Virus genome (UHGV): UHGV-0189308
Source: a virus
DNA length: 54,344 bases
Strand: one strand, 5' to 3'
This document shows, piece by piece, positions 46,334-54,344 of the stretch. A program made the translations under genes and the position numbers. The notes under the pieces are model-generated. The model searched no databases. It saw only the letters and a program-made list of their open reading frames with translations, and was not told where the DNA came from. Position 1 is the stretch's first letter. The number at the start of each line of letters is the position of its first letter.

Positions 46334-46653
46334 AATGACTCCAGATTAAAGTCATCATCGGTACCGCCATGAGCTTTAGGAATGATGTGGTCGACACTTG
46401 AGGCTTTCGTGGCAATACCGTCTCGCCTGCAGTTCTGACAAAGGTATTTATCCCTCTTCATGATACGGGCCCGTTTAATTTCCCACGGTCGACCATAACC
46501 ACGTTCCTGCCGAGTTTTTCCGGGCTGATAGTTACGCCAGCCATCACCAGCGTGTTGCTGCCTATGCATCTCACAGTATCCTCCGACATCATTGGTCACA
46601 GCCGTGCATCCTCTGTGCCGGCAAGGTCGTTTAGCTCGTGGCGGCATAAACAT
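46285..46653 (-). CDS. HNH endonuclease (terminase-associated)
   Basis: CxxC...HIIPKAHGG...N...CWTCH HNH/zinc motif. Typical location upstream of TerS in HK97-like cos phages. Confidence 0.8.
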   Translation of the reverse strand: MFMPPRAKRPCRHRGCTAVTNDVGGYCEMHRQQHAGDGWRNYQPGKTRQERGYGRPWEIKRARIMKRDKYLCQNCRRDGIATKASSVDHIIPKAHGGTDDDFNLESLCWTCHSKKTATERTR

Positions 46654-46797
46654 CCTCGAGCATGAGTTGAGGGAGAAGAGTTAAAGCGGCACTGTCGATG
46701 GGAAACTCTGAAACGGGCAGCGATGAGCATGACAATCCGTCACACTCAATCGCCACCAGCTTCTCGTCTACGTATGCAATTTTTAAGTTCTTCATCG
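46644..46797 (-). CDS. small protein, paralog A (MKNLKIAYVDEKLVAIECDG...)
   Basis: 51-aa hand-translated ORF overlapping the HNH start in another frame. Shares MK.[FL]KI.YVD..L with paralog B. Confidence 0.3.
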
Positions 46798-46973
46798 CGT
46801 TACCTTTTGCGAATAAAAAAGCCCCGCAGATGCGAGGCTACTGGTTAAATATCAGGGTGTTACTGTGAAAGCTCAGAGTGTAAGGTTGCGGCTCAGCCTA
46901 TCTGTGGTGGGACACAGTTAAATATTGTACTTGCAGAGGAATGGCTGATTAGCTCTGCTTAAGGAACTTTAAA

Positions 46974-47198
46974 ATGGAAGAAGAAATTAAATATAACATC
47001 GAGGTGGATTGCTCAACTCTGGAGTCTGCAGCAAAAGAAATAAGAGCTCTCAAAGGTCTTCTGGCAACTATGTTTGTTTGCCTTGATCAGGATATGAAGG
47101 GTGTCGTAATACATCAACTTTCGCAGATTGATGATGAATACAACCAGAAAAACTTGGAGATGCTAAAGCAAATCCAACATATCCATAACCGACCTTAA
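46974..47198 (+). CDS. small helical protein encoded antisense to the late operon (moron)
   Basis: 74 aa. Followed by its own plus-strand terminator. Confidence 0.4.
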   Translation: MEEEIKYNIEVDCSTLESAAKEIRALKGLLATMFVCLDQDMKGVVIHQLSQIDDEYNQKNLEMLKQIQHIHNRP

Positions 47199-47205
47199 TA
47201 GCTAT

Positions 47206-47248
47206 GGCAGACGGTTACAGGCTGTCTGCCGATCTATTATTTATTTCG
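47206..47248 (+). terminator. rho-independent terminator shared by convergent moron pair
   Basis: ggcagacgg...tgtctgcc hairpin followed by gatctattatttatttcg. Confidence 0.55.
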
Positions 47249-47689
47249 ATATCTTAATTGTAGTTCCGCAATCTTACAGTCCATAAAGTGTAGTAGTGCC
47301 TCAGCAGCATCTAACCGTTTGAATACCTCATCAATGTTTGGCTGCATACCTGAAGCGTATATCTTACCCTGCGTTTGAATGCTCCAAGCACTGACAGAGG
47401 TCAGGGTATTATCCGGTTTATAACACTCTGCAGAGGAAATTGCCGCTGAGACTACAAGCTCCTGCAGGTCTGGGCGATCATGTTCCACCACCAGAGATTC
47501 ATCATTCGCATTGACATCATAAGATAAGGTAAACGGAGCGGTAGCCTTGCCTGATATAACCTTCTCGACCAGCACGCAACCAGACTGAATGACTTTAAAT
47601 CTGACTTTGACCCCACAGACAATGCCATCATTAATCTGTTGAAGGTTTGTAATAGTGACTTTCAACGTTTTCAAGTTGCTTCTCCTCAT
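47237..47689 (-). CDS. hypothetical protein (150 aa) between lysis cassette and HNH
   Basis: ORF only. No signal peptide or recognisable motif. Confidence 0.4.
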   Translation of the reverse strand: MRRSNLKTLKVTITNLQQINDGIVCGVKVRFKVIQSGCVLVEKVISGKATAPFTLSYDVNANDESLVVEHDRPDLQELVVSAAISSAECYKPDNTLTSVSAWSIQTQGKIYASGMQPNIDEVFKRLDAAEALLHFMDCKIAELQLRYRNK

Positions 47690-48505
47690 TATCTCTTAAA
47701 AGGGATATCGTTTTTTTATCCCTTAGAGGGGATAGACGTTCGCACCGATTCGTAAATCCGCTCACAGGGCATTCCTGTTTCCCCTGATTGGTTTTGTCAC
47801 ATATTCTCGTCCAGGATGTCCTCAAGCCATGAAACCGGCTAAAAAAAAGGCCGCATAGATATGCGACCTTTGGTTAGTACCAGTTAGAAAACTAAAATCT
47901 CTCAGGAGCCACCCAAGAGAGGCTTTTCTGCTTTTTAACTGACCACTGCCGTTTCGGTGTTGGCTGGCAGTGATAACGTGATGATAGCTTCATTTAAGTT
48001 ATCGATAGCATTTAAATATCGAAAGAGCTCATTGAACCAATCATTTTCAACTTGCCGGAACATTCAACCAGAGCAACAGGCTTCTATGCTGGTCTTTTGA
48101 GAGCAATTATCAGTTCGCCCTAACGAGGCTGGTAACTAACATATTATTCGATGGTTCCTTAGACAGTGACCCATAAATCTAATTGTTTAATGTACCATTG
48201 GATGGGCACACAAATAACCACACCATCCCCAAAGTTAACAGATTTGATAACACACCCTTGTGGCGGAAAAAATTCCGCACCAGTCTGGGGCCGGATCGAG
48301 CGCTCAATGCCGTAACGATAACCGCATGGTAGTTGTGGTAGTAAGTTTACTGTCATGAGTGGCTACTTAGTTAAGAGTGGTTTGAGATCCTATAGTGCAT
48401 GACATCCCCTGAATTAGATACAAACATTTCGATGCTGAAAGCTTGAATGTCTTGTTTTCAGATTTTTTGTTCACTTAAAGCCACTTATTTCATGTGCTAT
48501 GCCTG

Positions 48506-48748
48506 TTACTTACTCACCGCCCGATAGTACGCCTGCCAGCGATACTTATCCAAACGGAGCTGGCGCAGGCATTGAGCGGTTTCTACATCAGACTGTAAAT
48601 CTTCATCGCTGTCATTCCCTGCGTCACTTGCTTTGCACGGCGGACTCATCAAATCCGGGGATGGAGTTGGCAGCATCGATGGCGCGCTGACGCAACTGCA
48701 CAGCAGCATCATCAAACCTACACACAGTACGATTCGGAGACTGAACAT
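48506..48748 (-). CDS. o-spanin (Rz1-like lipoprotein), overlapped arrangement
   Basis: Signal peptide with LCSC lipobox-like site. Pro-rich region [12 protein letters not shown]. Starts inside Rz in a +1 frame and ends beyond the Rz stop. Confidence 0.55.
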   Translation of the reverse strand: MFSLRIVLCVGLMMLLCSCVSAPSMLPTPSPDLMSPPCKASDAGNDSDEDLQSDVETAQCLRQLRLDKYRWQAYYRAVSK

Positions 48749-48992
48749 ATTTCACCACGTCGCGGGTTATTGTTTTGTAGATGACCTTACCCGCTTCGTT
48801 AGCAGTCGCGGCCTTTTCCTCTACAGGCTTAATGGCATTCTCGGCCTTCTCTCTCTTCTTCGCAGCCTGAGCATTGATGTGATCAGCGTGGGAACTCCAT
48901 CCCATACGCCATGAAATGGCACAGGACATTAGCAGGATTGCTATTGCGATGATAACGGCGGTTAAGCGACTCATCTTTGCTCCCATAAACAC
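48624..48992 (-). CDS. i-spanin (Rz-like)
   Basis: N-terminal TM ([19 protein letters not shown]) and a charged coiled-coil periplasmic domain. Likely start MSRLTAV overlapping the endolysin stop. Confidence 0.7.
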   Translation of the reverse strand: MFMGAKMSRLTAVIIAIAILLMSCAISWRMGWSSHADHINAQAAKKREKAENAIKPVEEKAATANEAGKVIYKTITRDVVKYVQSPNRTVCRFDDAAVQLRQRAIDAANSIPGFDESAVQSK

Positions 48993-49468
48993 ACTTCACG
49001 CTCAATTTCCCTCCGGGTAATAAGTCCTTTCCACTGCTTACCTTTGGCATAGGTCCAGCGGCGCAGCTGATCACACGCACCTTTCTGGTCACCCTGGTTG
49101 ATTTTGCGAAGCAGAGTAGAGGTCTGGAAGTTCCCGGCTCCGACGTTATAGGCAAATGAGTACAGAGCCCCACGCATTGTTTCTGGGATCGGTTTTTTGA
49201 TGTAAGGGTTGATCTGCCAGGCGACGGTATTCAGGTCTTTATTTAGTAGCGCCCGACACTCTGCCTCGGTATAGGTTTTGCCGAGCATGATGTCTTTACC
49301 TGTGTGGCCGTAACAAACCGTCCAGACACCTACCACATCCTGATAAGGCTCGTATCGCACTCCCTCAAGCCCATCATTACCCGTCGGGCCAGTAATGAGT
49401 GCAGAGGCAATCGCAAAGGCTCCACCGCCGACTGCAGCAAGAACGCTTTTACGTAGTGTCGGAGACAT
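48971..49468 (-). CDS. SAR endolysin (T4-lysozyme family, phage 21 R-like)
   Basis: N-terminal SAR segment [20 protein letters not shown]. Remainder near-identical in pattern to R21 ([45 protein letters not shown]...). Confidence 0.9.
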   Translation of the reverse strand: MSPTLRKSVLAAVGGGAFAIASALITGPTGNDGLEGVRYEPYQDVVGVWTVCYGHTGKDIMLGKTYTEAECRALLNKDLNTVAWQINPYIKKPIPETMRGALYSFAYNVGAGNFQTSTLLRKINQGDQKGACDQLRRWTYAKGKQWKGLITRREIEREVCLWEQR

Positions 49469-49752
49469 TATTCACCTCGCACAGCTTTTCGCCGGTCTTC
49501 TTTAATTTTGAAATACAGATTCGTCAGGTATGTCAGCAAGCCAAATACCAGACTTCCCAGAACACCAATAGCGGCCCACTGGGATGGGGATACTTTGTCG
49601 AGCAATTGCAACATCCAGAACCCCGCGTTACCTGCGGACGTTCCGTAGGCAATACCTGTTGTTAGCTTGTCCATTCGATACATACTCCACCTCCGGATTA
49701 ACGGGGTGCTTTGTGCGTGTAGGGGGTCAGGCCCATCGGGCTGATTTAACAA
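49468..49752 (-). CDS. pinholin (phage 21 S-like), dual-start motif
   Basis: [26 protein letters not shown]...[36 protein letters not shown] closely resembles S21. Met-Tyr-Arg-Met dual start at about 49683/49674. Confidence 0.8.
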   Translation of the reverse strand: MLNQPDGPDPLHAQSTPLIRRWSMYRMDKLTTGIAYGTSAGNAGFWMLQLLDKVSPSQWAAIGVLGSLVFGLLTYLTNLYFKIKEDRRKAVRGE

Positions 49753-49861
49753 CGAGCCGTATCGATGATGATTCCCGTGAGCCTGAAATGAAAAAGGCCA
49801 CGCAAATGCGCAGCCTTCAAATGATGTTTACCTTTTCTTTCTGAAGCGCCCTATTGATGGC

Positions 49862-49888
49862 GTAAAAAAGCCCGCCTGAAGGCGGGCA
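49862..49888 (-). terminator. rho-independent terminator upstream of lysis cassette (second late terminator)
   Basis: Minus strand reads gcccgccttcaggcgggc hairpin followed by TTTTTTACG. Confidence 0.6.
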
Positions 49889-50340
49889 GAAAGTAGGCAT
49901 TCTAGGTAGTAACGAAACGAAGGAACTCCTAATAGTCCGAGCTACCGATTTACCAGGAAGCATTCACTTTTGCCGTTACGTTCTATAAACATAGAAGGGC
50001 AACCGCAAAAGTAAACCCACTATGAAATATTCAATATGCTTAGTGACAGTGTGGTGCCGGGTGCCTCCCGGTGAGCATGCCCCAGTCGGCATGGCCCGCG
50101 CTGCATTTACAGGTTTCTGTAACTGACTGGTCGCCCCTCCGCATAGGGGGATTCACCACCTCAATAATTTATGATGCAAACATTCAAAGTGTCAATATCT
50201 GACCATACCGCCAGCGCCTCTGCCATAATATAAGCCAACAACGCCCACTTAAATTGTATGCATTCTAATACTTAAAGCTATTGCGAAGCCCTGACTCTAT
50301 GTAGCACTCACTGATATCAGGTAAATGCGAGGTAAGTAAA

Positions 50341-50544
50341 ATGCTATCTACTGAAAACCAAAGAATTTCAGAGATTTTTGAACGTTTGGCAGAAATAGCA
50401 GCTAAAACTGCTGAATTAACAAGCAACCCTAATCTATCCCCTGCTCAAAAGCAGGCAGCATGTGACAGTTACTTTAGCGAACATGATCAGTTAACAACCG
50501 AAGCCCTAGAGATCTTCAAAAAAATCACTAAAAATCCTCGGTGA
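50341..50544 (+). CDS. small helical protein (67 aa), moron between Q-like gene and lysis genes, opposite strand
   Basis: GAGGTAA SD 7 nt upstream of the ATG. Followed by a GC hairpin terminator. Confidence 0.4.
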   Translation: MLSTENQRISEIFERLAEIAAKTAELTSNPNLSPAQKQAACDSYFSEHDQLTTEALEIFKKITKNPR

Positions 50545-50639
50545 ATGCTGAAGCATGTGAGATTGCGTATGCAATACGACGATATGACAGGGGTATTGAT
50601 GCAGCGCATCTCGCGAATACCCCTGTCGTATCGCCGGAA

Positions 50640-50678
50640 AGCAAAAACCCCGCACGGGCGGGGTCTTCATTATATTCA
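50640..50678. terminator. bidirectional intrinsic terminator (tR'-like on minus strand; also ends plus-strand moron)
   Basis: ccccgcacgggcgggg hairpin. AAAAA on the plus-strand 5' side gives TTTTTG on the minus strand. Plus-strand 3' side is tcttcattatatt. Confidence 0.6.
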
Positions 50679-50730
50679 GATTGTCGCTTTTTGTCGCTGC
50701 CGAGTGGCGCAGCTCTGCCAAGCATGAATT

Positions 50731-50759
50731 GATTATCTAACTTTCTGGCCCATTTTCAA
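50731..50759 (-). promoter_or_regulatory. candidate late promoter (pR'-like) just downstream of Q-like gene
   Basis: Minus strand TTGAAA-N17-ATAATC. Predicted transcript of about 80 nt to the terminator at about 50645. Confidence 0.4.
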
Positions 50760-50787
50760 TACCCAAAAGGCAACATAGCACTTTTTG

Positions 50788-51390
50788 CTAATTCGCATGA
50801 ATCGCCTTATGAACAGAAAGGAAAGCTTTTGCTCTGAATATTTCAAGGCACCAGCGCACTCTTTTCCGGGCCTCACTGTCTGTTAACCATGGAGCCACCA
50901 GCTGTATTTCCCGTGTTATGTCTGAGATTTTTTTGCGGGTGGTGTAATAGTTAACGCCAACGAGATAAACAGGATCACCCGTTTCAAATATCGCCAGTAC
51001 ACATCGTTCAACAAATTCAACATCATCCTCAGTGATCGCAGCGTCAATGGCGACAGTTGGAGGTTTTGGCCACAAAATGGCATGCGCCCTGCTTAGTGCC
51101 TGCCGCCCGCGATAGCCTTCACTCCTTGCCTGCTCGATTGCTGCCGTAAAGCGCTCTAATGCTCTATCTGACCAGTGATCACCCTTCATACCTCGCCAGC
51201 ATGAATGTCCTGATGGTTTGCGCGGGGCCGCACCTCCTCTCATACCTTCTCCCCATACAGTAAGCAGAGATTTTATCCAGGCGGACTGAATGCCATTAAG
51301 GGGAGTGAATCGGCCCAGCCAGCTTTTGCGCGGGGCGGCGGCCACTGTTTCTAATCCTGCACGGTGTAGACGGCGTTGACGTGGTGTCAT
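50788..51390 (-). CDS. putative late-gene antiterminator (Q-like) by position
   Basis: 200-aa basic protein located immediately upstream of a promoter-terminator unit and the lysis genes. No confident sequence match to lambda Q. Confidence 0.4.
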   Translation of the reverse strand: MTPRQRRLHRAGLETVAAAPRKSWLGRFTPLNGIQSAWIKSLLTVWGEGMRGGAAPRKPSGHSCWRGMKGDHWSDRALERFTAAIEQARSEGYRGRQALSRAHAILWPKPPTVAIDAAITEDDVEFVERCVLAIFETGDPVYLVGVNYYTTRKKISDITREIQLVAPWLTDSEARKRVRWCLEIFRAKAFLSVHKAIHAN

Positions 51391-51406
51391 TCTGTTCTTC
51401 TCCTTA

Positions 51407-52450
51407 CTACGCCAGAACGCCGAGCGCGTATGCCCGGTCCAGCAATTTAATAATTAATACCGGCTGGGTGCCGTATTCACGCTCAAAAGCGGCAGGGTCA
51501 TGGTGCAAAGTGCGGTGGTGCTTGCGGCATAATGGGATCGTAAAAATATCGTGGGCCTTGGTGCCTACGCCGCCCTGCCCCCAGCCAATAAGATGATGTG
51601 CATCATCTGCAGGCTGCCCACAGCACATACACGGCTGTTTTTTAACCCATGAGATAAAGTCAGCTGATAACCATCGGCTCCGCTTAGGTCTCGCGAATAG
51701 TGTCGCCGGTGCAACAGGATCGACGTTCACAGGAACCAGAGGTTTGCCCGGCGTTGTTTTTGCCGTTGGCCTGATTGCTTTTTCGAGACGGGGAGAAAGA
51801 ATGCTGGTGGCCGGTACCGACGGAACAATCTCACTCTCCCTGTAAACCGATTTAATCCCATCGTCTTTAATACGCAGGGATCGGCGCGCCATTTCTTCTG
51901 TAATTTCATCGCCAATCCCGGCGCCTACCGCCCACCAGCATAACTCTGCCAGTGACAGTGCCCGCTGAGCGTCCAGGCCAAGCGCGATGCGGGCAGTGTC
52001 GATTACCCAGTCAGCGTTATTAACACCTACCAGTTGATCGAGGGTTTGTTCCGTTTGGTTTTTCAGCTCATTATCACAGTGCCAGCATGCGATTATTACA
52101 CCCGTCGAATGGCGAAACGGGACGAGCTCATGGTGATGGTAATCGGAATGTGTCCACTGACAGTTTTTAACCTGCCTACGCAACCATGACTCGAGGGCAC
52201 TAACCCCACCAGCTGCAGTGATAACTGCCTTCTTCATGAAAAAAGGTCTGATCCCTATATCATCCCGCAATGGCTGCCGGGCATCAGGAAGACGTCCACT
52301 GGGTATCTTTTTCATGCTTGCCGGCGGTATTTCAACAAGAACTCGGCCGGCACCGAATAACGGCATTAATTCACTACCCGGCTTAAGCAGCACAATTCCA
52401 AGATGGCGTGCAATATCCACGTTAAGCAAAGCTCGCATCAGTCCCTCCAC
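51407..52450 (-). CDS. DUF968/NinG-like protein with C-terminal HNH-like Cys/His motif
   Basis: C-terminal CMCCGQPADDAHHLIGWGQGGVGTKAHDIFTIPLCRKHHRTLHHDP. nin-region position upstream of Q. Confidence 0.45.
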   Translation of the reverse strand: MEGLMRALLNVDIARHLGIVLLKPGSELMPLFGAGRVLVEIPPASMKKIPSGRLPDARQPLRDDIGIRPFFMKKAVITAAGGVSALESWLRRQVKNCQWTHSDYHHHELVPFRHSTGVIIACWHCDNELKNQTEQTLDQLVGVNNADWVIDTARIALGLDAQRALSLAELCWWAVGAGIGDEITEEMARRSLRIKDDGIKSVYRESEIVPSVPATSILSPRLEKAIRPTAKTTPGKPLVPVNVDPVAPATLFARPKRSRWLSADFISWVKKQPCMCCGQPADDAHHLIGWGQGGVGTKAHDIFTIPLCRKHHRTLHHDPAAFEREYGTQPVLIIKLLDRAYALGVLA

Positions 52451-52641
52451 ATCTTCTGTATGTAGGTCCTGTCAATCCGTGGCGGCTTCTTCGATTCCGG
52501 CAACAACACGCGGATCTCCCACGATGCAAAGTCTCTGGACAAGCTCTTCTCAACCACACAGTTATTTTTACGGTATCGCTCCACCAGCTCTGTAGCCTCA
52601 GCCTCTGAAAGTTGCTCGTGTAAAAACCAACTTTTCTTCAT
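52438..52641 (-). CDS. hypothetical small protein
   Basis: 67-aa ORF. Start overlaps the upstream gene stop (ATGA). Confidence 0.3.
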   Translation of the reverse strand: MKKSWFLHEQLSEAEATELVERYRKNNCVVEKSLSRDFASWEIRVLLPESKKPPRIDRTYIQKMWRD

Positions 52642-53135
52642 GGCTGATCACCGAACAGTCGCAAAAACTCAATCGCTCTTTCACGCGCGCCGGGTTCTTC
52701 AGCGATCATTTCCTGCAGCAGCTGCACGGCGAGCATAGGCTCCTTTCGCCCGACGATGGAAATTCCTCTGGAGACACGGCGAGAGAGTTTTATAAAATTT
52801 TTTCTCTCTAACGCACGCAGATGCAACAGGACAGCATTAGACGAGCTAACGCCGAGCATATCGGCCAGCTCAGATAGCGTAGGTGGGTAGCCATGCTGAT
52901 TGATGTAGGCCACCAGCAGATCGAAAACTTCCTGCTGTCGAAAAGTTAGTTTTGAAGACGAAAGCAAACCGGCGCTCGATGAAGGAGCACCAGTCTGATG
53001 GGGTTTTGATACTTCGGGGGTTTGCGTCATGGTTTCTCTCCGCGACGCAGCAGGTATAGGTTGTTCAGGCCTATGACGGGATTGTAACAGAACCAGGGGG
53101 AACCTGGTAACCAACTCCAGACTTAGCCTTTTCAA
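52638..53135 (-). CDS. LexA N-terminal DNA-binding-domain-only protein (no S24 peptidase domain)
   Basis: [55 protein letters not shown]...SRGI matches LexA [58 protein letters not shown]...SRGI. Probable start MTQTPEV (about 53030). Confidence 0.6.
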   Translation of the reverse strand: [165 protein letters not shown]

Positions 53136-53328
53136 TCATCTGTGAAAAAAGAGAGAGAGTCCCCACGATCTCATCCGGCTGCAAAGGCATAAACGAAACA
53201 GTGTCGCCGCGCCGGTACATTAAAGCGCGCTCACACACAGGAAAGGATGTAAGACGAGCAACGATCACCCCATCGTCGCATCTGATAATTGCATAGCCGG
53301 TGTTCGGCATTTCTTGTTTTTTACTCAC
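53071..53328 (-). CDS. hypothetical protein in SOS-box operon (antirepressor candidate)
   Basis: 85-aa ORF between the dinI-like gene and the LexA-DBD gene. Confidence 0.3.
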   Translation of the reverse strand: MSKKQEMPNTGYAIIRCDDGVIVARLTSFPVCERALMYRRGDTVSFMPLQPDEIVGTLSLFSQMIEKAKSGVGYQVPPGSVTIPS

Positions 53329-53372
53329 AGCAAAATCCTCAAAATAAACCAGGCAAGCTACTGGACCTCAAC

Positions 53373-53624
53373 TTAATAGAACCAGTCATCAGCGCTTTCC
53401 CAGGTGTCCTGCAGGATTTCCTCTACACGTTTTTTATCTCCGTCCATTCCACCAAGCACGGTCAACCCATCGGAGCTGGCCCGACGAATCACAAGACTGC
53501 AGTTATTAAAGTTTTGATCCAATCGCCGCAGTAGCTCCTTCTCCAGAGCAGGCACAGCGCCATCCGGCAATTTTTTTTGGCGATCAATTGTGATTTCCAC
53601 TTTCATAACTAGCTCCTCACGCAA
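53373..53624 (-). CDS. dinI: DinI-like protein
   Basis: MKVEITIDRQKKLPDGAVPALEKELLRRL...EEILQDTWESADDWFY closely resembles DinI MRIEVTIAKTSPLPAGAIDALAGELSRRI...SEILQETWESADDWF. Real start is ATG at 53606 with a GAGGAG SD. Confidence 0.8.
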   Translation of the reverse strand: MREELVMKVEITIDRQKKLPDGAVPALEKELLRRLDQNFNNCSLVIRRASSDGLTVLGGMDGDKKRVEEILQDTWESADDWFY

Positions 53625-53625
53625 G

Positions 53626-53645
53626 TACTGTATAAATAAACAGTA
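53626..53645. promoter_or_regulatory. LexA (SOS) box TACTGTATAAATAAACAGTA
   Basis: Perfect CTGT-N8-ACAG with an AT-rich spacer, about 20 nt upstream of the dinI-like ATG. Confidence 0.7.
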
Positions 53646-53688
53646 TACTTGTTAGGTGAAATGTTCAAGCGTTTAATGCCACTTTTCG

Positions 53689-53946
53689 CTAACCCATGCT
53701 CATGTTTAGATTGATCTTTTCTCCACTAAGGACGAAATCCGCTATCACAGGGATACAGTCATTTTTGTGGTGATCAACACCGTTGATAAGAAACGTTGCT
53801 ACCTCTGACGCTCCAGATTCCGCTCTTGGCACAGAGCGGACAATCTGAATGGGATGAAGGTCTGCTTCGAGCCATTGAACCAACAGCGACAAGCCGACGT
53901 TCGTAGTTGAGTCGCCATAGAGTTTGCTCACAATGTCGTGTGTCAA
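53689..53946 (-). CDS. hypothetical ORF / possible gene fragment
   Basis: 85-aa ORF with no clear RBS or motif. Adjacent to the AT-rich window end. Confidence 0.2.
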   Translation of the reverse strand: MTHDIVSKLYGDSTTNVGLSLLVQWLEADLHPIQIVRSVPRAESGASEVATFLINGVDHHKNDCIPVIADFVLSGEKINLNMSMG

Positions 53947-54344
53947 TTAACTGGGAACAGCTCACTGAGGCTTTGCATGGTTCATATCTCTGCACACTGC
54001 TTCGTTTCGCGGTCCTTAATGCGTCCAGAAATCTGCCACAAGGGCGACCTTATGCAAGAGTCGCTTTGCTTAATTTCAGCACTCACTTCGCTCCGGCTGC
54101 GGCCTTGCCGTTTCCGCTTTGCGTTCTGCCCTAGCACCGAGTGTTAGTTCTGGTGTTGGGGAGCGAGATTACCTAATCACTGAATTAAAAAAATGACTTT
54201 AATTTTTTCATTAAAACTGTTATTAAAATTTATTAAGAATAAGGAATAAGAAATTTCTGTAATTATTATATTTATGTCTGATTTTAACAGGATATCGTCG
54301 TTAGATGAGAAGTGGATTAACTAATTGATTTAGAAGTTTAATTA

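Noticed and set aside
49890-50230. Searched the Q-S interval for tRNA genes, as seen in some lambdoid phages
   Set aside because: No segment with a convincing acceptor/T-arm (GTTCRANYC) pattern was seen by eye. tRNAscan would be needed to be sure.
1-54344. CRISPR arrays, IS elements and transposase genes
   Set aside because: No regularly spaced direct repeats with unique spacers were found. No ORF with transposase DDE or HTH motifs. The direct repeats found are iterons, arm sites, the 20- and 27-bp elements and intragenic tandem repeats.

Overview
The window reads as a near-complete lambdoid temperate phage genome of about 54 kb from an Enterobacteriaceae host. Its gene order is a circular permutation of the lambda vegetative map.

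Gene content, in window order:
- Gabija defence operon (gajA/gajB), sitting in the nin-like region.
- Replication module: lambda P-like and O-like genes, with ori-type iterons inside the O-like gene.
- Immunity region: cro-like gene and a cI-like repressor that lacks a peptidase S24 domain, with putative CAC-N5-GTG operators.
- Two unknown genes convergent on cI and antisense to a pL-like promoter.
- Left operon: small ORFs, a truncated Rrf2/IscR-like regulator, a large protein with a C-terminal DEDDh 3'-5' exonuclease domain, xis and int.
- An icd 3'-end fragment flanked by candidate Int arm-type repeats. This looks like attP and implies an unintegrated or circularly joined configuration.
- A low-GC cargo operon in the b-region position: GGDEF diguanylate cyclase, a PdeH-like EAL phosphodiesterase and a zinc-ribbon membrane protein.
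- An HK97/lambda-like morphogenesis block on the minus strand: tail fibre with an S74 chaperone domain, a giant 4198-aa J-like central fibre, I/K/L/M, tape measure, G with a G-T frameshift site, major tail, connectors, capsid, protease, portal, TerL/TerS and HNH.
- A phage-21-type lysis cassette: pinholin, SAR endolysin and overlapped Rz/Rz1.
- Late control and SOS wiring: a putative Q-like antiterminator with a pR'/tR'-like unit, and an SOS-boxed dinI-like gene leading an operon that encodes a LexA DNA-binding-domain-only protein.

Gabija is the only named defence system. The candidates for novel biology are the unknown gene pair beside cI, the c-di-GMP cargo operon, the moron ORFs between Q and S and between the lysis cassette and HNH, a secreted protein inside the tail cluster, and the LexA-DBD/DinI module.
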